Below are positions 20,591 to 28,647 of a DNA stretch of 64,000 nucleotides, one piece after another (within the stretch, counting starts at the first letter, position 1; each line of letters begins with the position of its first letter). The notes beneath the pieces are model-generated. The model did not search any database and was not told the DNA's origin. It saw nothing but the letters and a program-made list of their open reading frames with translations. A program made the position numbers and the translations under genes. Origin of the DNA: Methanomassiliicoccales archaeon (GTDB lineage Archaea > Thermoplasmatota > Thermoplasmata > Methanomassiliicoccales > UBA472); assembly GCA_036504055.1 (NCBI GenBank), contig DASXVU010000038.1, forward strand, positions 92 through 64,091, in the 5' to 3' direction.

Positions 20591-21481
20591 ATGAAATTGA
20601 ATAAAGGACTGAAGGTGCTGAAACGGCACAAGTGGAGGTACCTCTCCATCCTGGCCGGTTTCTTCCTCTTCGTAGCCCCGTTCGCGTTCGTAAGCCGCGC
20701 AGTATACTGGCTGATGGGAAGCGATCTGGTCGCCAGCGTGCACACCGTCTGCTTCCGCATGCCATTGATCTGGCTCAGCAAGAGCTGTCCCTTCCTGATC
20801 GATTACTGGACGGCCACGTTCTTCTTCATCATCGTCGTGGTGGTGGCGTTCTTCGCCAGCCCGATCTGGTGTGGATGGCTCTGCCCCATTGGAGGCATCT
20901 CCGAAGGGCTGAGCAGGCTGATCCCGATACCGGACCGATATAAGCTGTTCGTGAAGAACACCCGGGTGACGGTCGGTCTGCGGTATGGGTTCCTGGCCGG
21001 TTTCCTGCTGGTGGCGTTCTTCATCGGCCTACGCTCGGTGGAGTACCAGTTCGGCGGGGTCACCGCCCGGTATTGCCCCGAGTACATCACCCAGAGCGTC
21101 TCGTACCTGCTGTTCGGCGGAGGGCCGTTCATCGACCCATGGAACAGCGGGATAATATTGACCCTGATCGCATGGATCGTGATCGGAGGGCTGTTCTTCG
21201 TCGGCGGTAGGGGCTGGTGCCTCTTCTTCTGCCCGCTGGGCGCGGCCTCCGGCCTGGCCTGCAAGGTCGGCAACGCCGTCGGCACGCTAGGGATCGCGTT
21301 CGACCCGCACCAGTGCCGGGGCTGCAAGCGGTGCCAAACGAAATGCCCGATGTGGGCCATCCGGGAGGATGGCACGATCGAGAAATCGCTCTGCATAGGC
21401 TGCAAGGAATGCGTCAAGTCATGCACGTTCAAGGCCTACAAGTATACCCGGATGAGGAGGAAGCATGACCGGACTGAGTGA
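20591..21481 (+). CDS. NapH/MauN-like membrane-bound 4Fe-4S protein
   Basis: Membrane CxxCP-type motifs CGWLCPIGG and CLFFCPLGA, plus two ferredoxin motifs CRGCKRCQTKCP and CIGCKECVKSC at the C-terminus. Confidence 0.85.
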   Translation: MKLNKGLKVLKRHKWRYLSILAGFFLFVAPFAFVSRAVYWLMGSDLVASVHTVCFRMPLIWLSKSCPFLIDYWTATFFFIIVVVVAFFASPIWCGWLCPIGGISEGLSRLIPIPDRYKLFVKNTRVTVGLRYGFLAGFLLVAFFIGLRSVEYQFGGVTARYCPEYITQSVSYLLFGGGPFIDPWNSGIILTLIAWIVIGGLFFVGGRGWCLFFCPLGAASGLACKVGNAVGTLGIAFDPHQCRGCKRCQTKCPMWAIREDGTIEKSLCIGCKECVKSCTFKAYKYTRMRRKHDRTE

Positions 21482-21800
21482 GCGGCTCAGCGGCTATTGG
21501 TCCTTCGCGCTGGCGGCGTCGGCGGCACCCCTGTCCTATCTGGCTGCGGCCCCGTGCGGCATCATCTGCGGCTCGTGCCCTCTGGGAGGGGCCTGCTTCG
21601 TCGCTTCGCCGCTGATGTTCGGGACAGTGATAGCCCTCAAGTTCGGGACGTCGGTGAGATGGAAGCTTCAATGCGCCATCGCGAAGCTTACCGGAAATGA
21701 CCCGCCCCAACCCCCGGCCTTCATTCGATCCCAGATGATCGAGGTCGAGGATCCGGACGATGAAGGGGAACCTTCTCCGGAAAACCAGGATCCAGCATGA
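21465..21800 (+). CDS. small two-TM protein with an intramembrane Cys cluster (CGIICGSCPLGGAC) and an acidic tail
   Basis: The ATG overlaps the upstream gene by 17 nt, with GAGGAGG 6 nt upstream. No family recognised. Confidence 0.6.
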   Translation: MTGLSERLSGYWSFALAASAAPLSYLAAAPCGIICGSCPLGGACFVASPLMFGTVIALKFGTSVRWKLQCAIAKLTGNDPPQPPAFIRSQMIEVEDPDDEGEPSPENQDPA

Positions 21801-21849
21801 GGACCATCGGACGATATGAAGGATCAGCTCTTCGCTACAAGGTGATCAA

Positions 21850-22317
21850 ATGGCAAATGAACAGCGTTCATCGACGAAAATGAAAACGTCTGAGGAAGCG
21901 ATCGAGGAAGGCCCCGAACAATGCCCCCATTGCGGAAAGGAAGTGGCGGGCGAGTTCGACTTCTGCCCCTACTGCGGTCGGGGATTGAGGGTCATGAAGA
22001 TCCCCCAGATCGAGTATCATCCCAACACTGAGAAGAGATGCGCAAGGTGTTCTGCCGATATCGATGCCTCCTTCGCCTATTGCCCATACTGCGGCCATCA
22101 TCAAGGAGAAGGGCTGAAAAAGGAAGAGCCGTCCGGAAGCTGGAGGATGCTGGTCCTGTATGCGCTGACGTTCCTGGTCCCGCCCGCCGGCGTCCTCATC
22201 TGGCTGATGTGGAAGAAGGATCCAGAGGGTGAGACCAGGAATGAGGCCGAGTATTGTCTCGGGTCCGCTTTCCTCGGACTCGTGGTCTACGTCCTGATCG
22301 TCAGCATTTACTTCTAG
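21850..22317 (+). CDS. double zinc-ribbon protein with a C-terminal two-TM domain
   Basis: CPHCG...CPYCG and CARCS...CPYCG pairs, followed by hydrophobic helices LVLYALTFLVPPAGVLIWLMW and AFLGLVVYVLIVSIYF. Confidence 0.75.
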   Translation: MANEQRSSTKMKTSEEAIEEGPEQCPHCGKEVAGEFDFCPYCGRGLRVMKIPQIEYHPNTEKRCARCSADIDASFAYCPYCGHHQGEGLKKEEPSGSWRMLVLYALTFLVPPAGVLIWLMWKKDPEGETRNEAEYCLGSAFLGLVVYVLIVSIYF

Positions 22318-22444
22318 GAGGTTTGATCTTCAGAACCTTTCATGCTCGGACCGGACTTGGATGGACGGCATACTCCTCCGAGCGCTCATAATCTACGTCC
22401 TCCGGAGAAAGGATTATGCATACCAGCATGTATTGTGCGTTCTG

Positions 22445-23266
22445 ATGTTGTTTGAGAGAGTGTTCCTCCCCCTGGATTTCTCCGATCAGTCCGACCTGAT
22501 GGTGGACTGCATCGCCCAATTGAAGAAGTATGGGGCCAAGGAGGTCATTCTGTTCTACGCCGTTCCCAAGGGAAGGGCGGCGGACGCCTACGATGAGCGC
22601 CGTATGAACGAGTTCGCGAGGACGATCACGGCGGACGGCATCCCGACGCGGACGATCAAGGAGAACGGCGATCCAGCCACCATGATAATCAAGGTCTCGA
22701 AAAGGGAGAAGGCCACCATGATCGCCATGGCCTCAACCGGAAAGGGAAGGGCCAAGGAACTGTTGATCGGCTCGGTGTCCATGGCGGTCATACGCAAATC
22801 GAAGATCCCCGTCCTATTGGGAAAGTTCCCCCTGCTGAAGAAGGAAGGCCTGAGGGAATGCGGGATGCTCGATTCCGCCCTGATCGCGTTCGAGCTAACC
22901 CACGGCACCAAAGAGATATCCGGTATTGCCCAGCAGATGGGCGAGGCCGGCATGAGAAAGGCAACTATCTTCCATGTGATACATTCATCGAAGCACGATG
23001 TCGGCGACGACCTGAAGTTCCGCGAGGTCAAGGAGGAGCTCGACCGTATCATGAACGGGCTGAAGACACCGAATTGCATACTGGACACCCATATCCATTT
23101 CGGTACGCCGTCATACAACATCATGGAGGCTGCCCGCGAGGTAAGCGCCGGGGTCATATTGATGGGGGTCAGGAACAAGTCGGTGTGGCGCAAGATCGCT
23201 TTGGGGACCACGACCGAGGACCTCATCCGGCAATCACCGACGAACCTATTGCTGGTCCCTTGCTGA
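22445..23266 (+). CDS. tandem universal stress protein (two USP domains)
   Basis: I prefer ATG 22445 (MLFERVFLPLDFSDQ). The first domain ends ...GKGRAKELLIGSVSMAVIRKSKIPVLL. The second ends ...RKIALGTTTEDLIRQSPTNLLLVP. Confidence 0.85.
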   Translation: MLFERVFLPLDFSDQSDLMVDCIAQLKKYGAKEVILFYAVPKGRAADAYDERRMNEFARTITADGIPTRTIKENGDPATMIIKVSKREKATMIAMASTGKGRAKELLIGSVSMAVIRKSKIPVLLGKFPLLKKEGLRECGMLDSALIAFELTHGTKEISGIAQQMGEAGMRKATIFHVIHSSKHDVGDDLKFREVKEELDRIMNGLKTPNCILDTHIHFGTPSYNIMEAAREVSAGVILMGVRNKSVWRKIALGTTTEDLIRQSPTNLLLVPC

Positions 23267-23777
23267 GATCCCGCCCATTCGCTTTTGCAGGTGATTGCCT
23301 GCATCACGCAATGGGTCATTGCCAGACATCGCGATATCGCATGGATATTCTTCATGAGATCCCGCGATCCATTCAATGATCATCTGAGGATCATATCGAT
23401 ACCGCCTCATGTTGAAGCACGGGTCAAAAGTGGAGGCAGGACCAACTCTCCGGTGTCGGCTGGAGTTCATCGATCCTAGCCTCTAACGAAATCAAAGAAA
23501 TCTTATCTATTAATATATTGCCATTATTGGATGATTCAAAATAATGCTAAGGGCCATCGTTTCGTTTTATTATCATCCGGCGAGAGAGATCGGTCGTTAC
23601 CTGATCCGTCCCCGGCCGTTGCATCGAGTCCTAAGATATTTGGATCCGGCCTGGCGGAATTTCATCCTGTCTATCATTATTCCATCATTGAGGATCGTTG
23701 AAAGGGCAATATCATCCGTCAGCGAGAACCGAACATCCTGACGTCCATTGCTTTTTGCCCTGCTCTATCGCTGATGT

Positions 23778-24716
23778 TTACATCGAGGCGATGGTCTTCT
23801 CGACCCCTTGCTCGATGGTGAATTCAGGTTTGTATCTCAGCAGCGTCTTGGCCTTGGTGATCTCAGCGAGCGAGTGCTTGATGTCCCCGGCCCTTTCCGG
23901 CTGGTAGTCGATCTGGCATTTCTTGCCCAATTGACCGAATACCATCTTCGCCAGTTCGTTGAGCGAGATGCGCTCCTGCCTGGCAATGTTGAAGACCTCG
24001 CCGTTCGATTCCGTGTCCACGGCCGCCCTGAGGTTGGCCTGTACGACATCCAGGACATAGGTGAAATCCCTGGTCTGTTCTCCATCGCCATAGACGATGA
24101 CCTTTTTCCCCGCCTTCGCCAGCTGGATGAACTTCGGGATGACTGCGGCATATTGCGAGTTGGGATCCTGCCGGGGTCCGAATACGTTGAAGTAACGGAG
24201 CGCCGCCGTGGGCATCCGGTAGTTCTTCCAGAAGACCCGGCAATACTGCTCCGCCGCCATCTTGGTCACGGCGTAAGGGGATTGGGGGGTCAGCATCATG
24301 GTCTCGACCTTCGGCAGCACGGGGGTGTCCCCGTATACCGAAGAGGACGATGCGGCCACCACCTTCTTCACGTTGCACTTGCGGGCCATCATGAGCACGT
24401 TCAAGGTGCCTTCGACGTTGTTCAGGTTGGACGGCATAGGGTCCTCGACGCTGCGCGGAACCGACGGAAGGGCGGCTTGATGGAGAACATAGTCGACCCC
24501 GGTGAAGGCCTCCCTGAGCTTGTCCAGGTCATTGATGCTTCCCTCTATGAACTTACACTCGATGTGGTCCAGGTTCGAGCGGTGGCCGGTCAGCAGATTG
24601 TCGATGACGGTCACATCGTTCTTCTTCGCCAGGACCTGGGCGATGTTCGAGCCTATGAAGCCCGCACCGCCGGTGACGCAGACCCGCTTGCCTTCGATTA
24701 TGCTCTCCAGCTGCAT
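23778..24716 (-). CDS. NAD-dependent nucleotide-sugar epimerase (SDR; WbpP/TviC-like)
   Basis: VTGGAGFIGSN Rossmann motif and catalytic YAVTK. NLLTGHRSNL is typical of the UDP-GlcNAc(A)/UDP-Glc(A) 4-epimerase clade. Its ATG overlaps the stop of the upstream dehydrogenase (ATGA at 24714-24718). Confidence 0.9.
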   Translation of the reverse strand: MQLESIIEGKRVCVTGGAGFIGSNIAQVLAKKNDVTVIDNLLTGHRSNLDHIECKFIEGSINDLDKLREAFTGVDYVLHQAALPSVPRSVEDPMPSNLNNVEGTLNVLMMARKCNVKKVVAASSSSVYGDTPVLPKVETMMLTPQSPYAVTKMAAEQYCRVFWKNYRMPTAALRYFNVFGPRQDPNSQYAAVIPKFIQLAKAGKKVIVYGDGEQTRDFTYVLDVVQANLRAAVDTESNGEVFNIARQERISLNELAKMVFGQLGKKCQIDYQPERAGDIKHSLAEITKAKTLLRYKPEFTIEQGVEKTIASM

Positions 24717-26089
24717 CAGTTGTCCCTTCCTGCCCCTACGCCCTTATAGATGAACCCGAGGCTCTTCAGCTCTTCCGCGTCGAAGACCCTACGGCCATCG
24801 ACGAACACCGGGTTCGGCTTCATGAGCTTCTTTACCTTCTTGAGGTCCAGTTCCTTGAAGCTCTGGTGCGGCACCATGAACACCACCGCCTGCGCTCCCT
24901 TGAGCGCCTTGTACGGATCATCCATATGGTTCTCCTCCGGTATCCCGAACTCGTGGTTGACCACCTTGGCGGTGACGAATGGATCGACGGTCACTATTTC
25001 CGCCTCCATCGACTTCAACTCTTCCACGAGCTTCAGCGAGGGGGTCTTCCTGGTGTCGCCCACGTTCTCCTTGTAACTGACGCCCAGGACCACGATCTTG
25101 GACCCCTTGATCGGCTTCTCGATGGAGTTCAGGCCCTTGTTCAGCAGCAGGAACACATGATGCGGCATCATGTCGTTGATCTTCCTCCCGGCAGTGATGA
25201 TCTGGGCATGGTATCCCAGCTTCTCCGCGGTCTTGACCAGGTAGTACGGGTCCTTGGGCAGGCAATGGCCTCCGACACCTGCTCCCGGATAGTACCGGTT
25301 GAAGTTCCACTTGGTGGCCGCGGCATTGATGACCTCCATGACGTCCAGTCCCATCTTCTCCATGATCATCGCGACCTCGTTCATAAGAGCGATGTTCAGG
25401 TCACGCTGGGTGTTCTCGATGATCTTGGCCGCCTCCGCGGTCTTGATGTTGCGTACCGGGACCACTCCTTCGCCGGTGATGTGATTGTAAAGGAACAAGG
25501 CCGTCTCGGTGGAGCGGGGGTTGATGCCAGCCACGATCCTCCGGGTCTTGTCGATGGTATGCAATGGGTCACCGGGGTTGTACCTCTCCGGGCAATAGGC
25601 CAGATCGAAGTCCACACCGGCCTTCAGTCCAGACTCCTCCAGGATAGGCTTCAGCGTTCCTTCGGTGACGCCCGGGTACACGGTCGATTCGAGGATCACC
25701 AGTTTGCCTTTCTGCAATCCCTTGGCGATGTCCCTTCCGGCTCCCTCGATATAGCTGAGGTCCGGTTCCTCCCCTTCCTTGGTGGGGGTCGGGACGATGA
25801 TGATCACGACATCGTTCTCCTTGGTCGCCTTCACCGTATCGCTGGTGGCGACTAATTTCTTTCTGGACACGACATCCTTCACTCGTTCATCCAGATTCAG
25901 ATCGGTGAGGGGGGATATGCCGTCGTTGATGAGGCTTACGGATTCCTTCTTCATCTCGCATCCAGTGACATTGAATCCCGCCTCTGCGAACAGCACGGCC
26001 GTGGGTAGGCCCACATAGCCCAAACCGACTATTGCGATCTTCAGATCCTTGCCCTTGCGTGTTGAATCCTTTTTGCTGCTCGGCATCAT
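24716..26089 (-). CDS. UDP-glucose/GDP-mannose dehydrogenase-family nucleotide-sugar 6-dehydrogenase (WbpO/TviB/WecC-like)
   Basis: IAIVGLGYVGLP Rossmann motif, catalytic-Cys context GVGGHCLPKDP, and a C-terminal UDP-binding domain. 457 aa. Confidence 0.9.
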   Translation of the reverse strand: MMPSSKKDSTRKGKDLKIAIVGLGYVGLPTAVLFAEAGFNVTGCEMKKESVSLINDGISPLTDLNLDERVKDVVSRKKLVATSDTVKATKENDVVIIIVPTPTKEGEEPDLSYIEGAGRDIAKGLQKGKLVILESTVYPGVTEGTLKPILEESGLKAGVDFDLAYCPERYNPGDPLHTIDKTRRIVAGINPRSTETALFLYNHITGEGVVPVRNIKTAEAAKIIENTQRDLNIALMNEVAMIMEKMGLDVMEVINAAATKWNFNRYYPGAGVGGHCLPKDPYYLVKTAEKLGYHAQIITAGRKINDMMPHHVFLLLNKGLNSIEKPIKGSKIVVLGVSYKENVGDTRKTPSLKLVEELKSMEAEIVTVDPFVTAKVVNHEFGIPEENHMDDPYKALKGAQAVVFMVPHQSFKELDLKKVKKLMKPNPVFVDGRRVFDAEELKSLGFIYKGVGAGRDN

Positions 26090-26143
26090 TTAGTGAATAA
26101 AAGGAGACATGGATATACATTTGCCCGCTAACATGAAACAGCG

Positions 26144-28561
26144 TTATTGTCTGGCTATCATTTTAGCGCTCAGCGTATCGATGTCGTCGTCGATGTGGCT
26201 GGTAGAAAGCGAGTTGCCGAATCCTTCGAACAGATTACGGGCCTTTCGGAACTCGTCGACGGCCTGTTCCATCTTACCCTGTTCGGAGAGCGATTCCGCA
26301 TACCAGGCATGGACGGTGGCCTCGTAAAGCGGCCCGAACCTCGTCCCCCGGAACTTCGGGATCGCACTCTGGAATAACTGATTGGCGTTGCCGTATTCCT
26401 TCTTGCGGCTCAGTACCGAAGCCTTCACCGCCACTGCCAACGTCCCGATAGCCGGCTGTCCGAAGGCTATCTCCTCAATGCCCTTGAGCGATGCATCGGC
26501 CAATACTTCCGCCTTGGCCAGATCTCCTTCGCGCTGCTCGATGTGGGCCATGACCACGTTCTGCCACGGCGTGCCCGCACCCCGCTTCAGGGATTCGTTG
26601 CTGGCCTCCGCCACGATCTCCCTGGCCTTGGCGATGTCACCGGCCAGGTCGAACGCGAAGGTCTTGTCGAACTGGATCATCTCGGTGCGCATGCGGTCCC
26701 CGGACCGCCTGGAGATGTCCATGCAATGGTCGAACACCGGGATGGCCTTCTCCACCTGGCCCTTGCACAGGTAGGCGATGCCCAGCGCCTCATTGGCGTC
26801 CACCTCGTTGGCGAAATTGGGATTCTCCTGGGCGATGCGGATAGCATGGGTGAGGGTCTTGATGGCCAGATCCGCCTTTCCCTGCCTCAGTTGCAGATCG
26901 CCGTACTGCATCATTTCCTTGGCCCACCGGTCCACCGCTCCGTGGTCCTTGAATGATTTCATCGCCGCCAGGCAAAGGTTCTCCGCGTCCTCCAGCTCAC
27001 CCTTGGCCATGAGGGCCCCGGCAATGCTGCTCTTGCATTCGGCGGTCTCATAATCGTCACCGGACTCGATAAGCGCCTGGAGCACCAGGGAAAGAGAGAT
27101 GTCGTTCCCCTTGTCAGATGTCCTGTTCTTGCTGCAGGTGGATTTCTTCCGCAGCAGACGTGCCCGGTCGGACGAGGCCGATCTCCTGATCGCCCTATCA
27201 TAGCAGTCCAGGGCGCGGGCCTTTCGTCCCTGTCCGAAGTTGGCATCGCCTATCCCCTCATAGGCTTCGAGGAGAGCCTCTGCGCGGCCGGATTCGCCCA
27301 CCAGGTCTAGGGCCCTTTGGAAATATATCTTGGATTCTGGATGGGCGCCCCAAACGGAACATATCCTGCCTGCAAGGAGGGAGAATCTGACACAGTGGTC
27401 CTTGTCTCCTGCCAACAGCAATTGCCTGGACATCTCACCCAAGCATTCCTCCCGGTAGCCTTCAGCCTCCATCGCCATGGCCACCGATCGGTGCACATCC
27501 TTCCTGTTAACTTCGGGGATCAGGTCTTGGACGGCTCTCCGGACACGTTCATGTGAGAATTTGAACTGGCTGCCGTGGCAGTCCATCAAGGAGCTCTTCT
27601 TGTTCACGTCCCTGATCATCCGGGTAACCTCGTCTGGCCTGATCCCCATGGATTTGGCCAAAGCGAAGACGTCCGTCCCCGGTTCGAACGACGAGGCTCG
27701 GTAGAGCATCTGCCTTTCCGGTTCCTTCAACATGTCCGTCCTTAGTCTGATCGCATCTCCCAAGGTCATCGGCACATTGGTGACCTCGCCGGAACGGAGC
27801 ACGCCGTCTCGAAGTTCCATGACGGTGTTGACGGCCACCGTCTTCGTCGATTCGATGGCCACCAGAGGGTTTCCGCGAATTGACTTCGCCACCTTGTCGA
27901 CCATGTTCTTGGGCAGATTGGGCTGGAATCTTCCGGAGATCGTCTGGGCTACCTCTTCCGAGGTGAGCTCGCCCAGCTCTATGGGGCGGCACAGTCCGTC
28001 CAGGGATGCGTTCGATAGGAAATCGCTGATGTGGGAGCGGCCTTCCTCGTCAACTTTCACCTCTTCCTGGCAGATCGTACAGATGAACCGCGGTCCATCC
28101 TTCTCCCCGGAGCGAAGAAGATAATCCAGAAGCCTCACCGAGGGGGAATCGGCTCTCTGCAGGTCGTCGAGCACCACGAGGACCGGTCTCTGATGGGAGA
28201 TGCCGAGAAGAAATGATTCCCACGACAACAGGATCCCGTCCTTGGAGCTGATGGCCCTTTCATCCTGGAAGGGACTGGGCGGGGAGTCCGGTATCCTCTT
28301 CAACCTCTCTGCGAGTCCTCGGAAAGGAGCGTAAGGGAACGGAGAATCGCGACCGCAACTGATGGTGGCGACCGTGAAACCCTTGGACTCGGCGATCTTG
28401 GATGCCTCTCTTGCGAGGCGCGATTTGCCGATACCAGCCGGTCCTGATATGGCGATCATCTGGGGGCGGGCGGATACACGGTCAAATAGACCGCTGAGTA
28501 TGCCGTCCAGCTCGCGTCGCCTTCCGACGAACGAGGTGTTCTCCCTCTCTTGAAGCGCCAT
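26144..28561 (-). CDS. AAA_16/STAND-like P-loop ATPase with a long TPR-like C-terminal array
   Basis: FVGRRRELDGIL then Walker A ISGPAGIGKS and Walker B VLVVLDDLQRAD. The C-terminal ~450 aa is helical-repeat sequence. I set the start at ATG 28561 (MALQERENTSF). The ORF-track extension to 28951 overlaps the hydantoinase gene and is low-complexity. Confidence 0.85.
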   Translation of the reverse strand: MALQERENTSFVGRRRELDGILSGLFDRVSARPQMIAISGPAGIGKSRLAREASKIAESKGFTVATISCGRDSPFPYAPFRGLAERLKRIPDSPPSPFQDERAISSKDGILLSWESFLLGISHQRPVLVVLDDLQRADSPSVRLLDYLLRSGEKDGPRFICTICQEEVKVDEEGRSHISDFLSNASLDGLCRPIELGELTSEEVAQTISGRFQPNLPKNMVDKVAKSIRGNPLVAIESTKTVAVNTVMELRDGVLRSGEVTNVPMTLGDAIRLRTDMLKEPERQMLYRASSFEPGTDVFALAKSMGIRPDEVTRMIRDVNKKSSLMDCHGSQFKFSHERVRRAVQDLIPEVNRKDVHRSVAMAMEAEGYREECLGEMSRQLLLAGDKDHCVRFSLLAGRICSVWGAHPESKIYFQRALDLVGESGRAEALLEAYEGIGDANFGQGRKARALDCYDRAIRRSASSDRARLLRKKSTCSKNRTSDKGNDISLSLVLQALIESGDDYETAECKSSIAGALMAKGELEDAENLCLAAMKSFKDHGAVDRWAKEMMQYGDLQLRQGKADLAIKTLTHAIRIAQENPNFANEVDANEALGIAYLCKGQVEKAIPVFDHCMDISRRSGDRMRTEMIQFDKTFAFDLAGDIAKAREIVAEASNESLKRGAGTPWQNVVMAHIEQREGDLAKAEVLADASLKGIEEIAFGQPAIGTLAVAVKASVLSRKKEYGNANQLFQSAIPKFRGTRFGPLYEATVHAWYAESLSEQGKMEQAVDEFRKARNLFEGFGNSLSTSHIDDDIDTLSAKMIARQ

Positions 28562-28647
28562 AAAGATAGGGGTTATCTTATGAAGTATTTTATGGTTTCC
28601 CGAGCCCCCCGATTTTGATAAGGTGCGAAAAAATGACGAGATATTCT

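Noticed and set aside
20023-20781. 252-aa minus-strand ORF spanning the end of the Ig-repeat gene and the start of the NapH-like gene, plus many other antisense ORFs inside 16.7-20.5 kb
   Set aside because: It lies antisense to two well-supported genes and has no motifs. The repeat gene's low-complexity codons generate open antisense frames.
23246-23777. ORFs in the convergent gap between the USP and epimerase genes (23246..23470 minus, 23285..23479, 23544..23741, 23698..23907)
   Set aside because: They are mutually overlapping, short and motif-free, and they overlap the ends of real genes. The gap more likely holds terminators for the two convergent genes.
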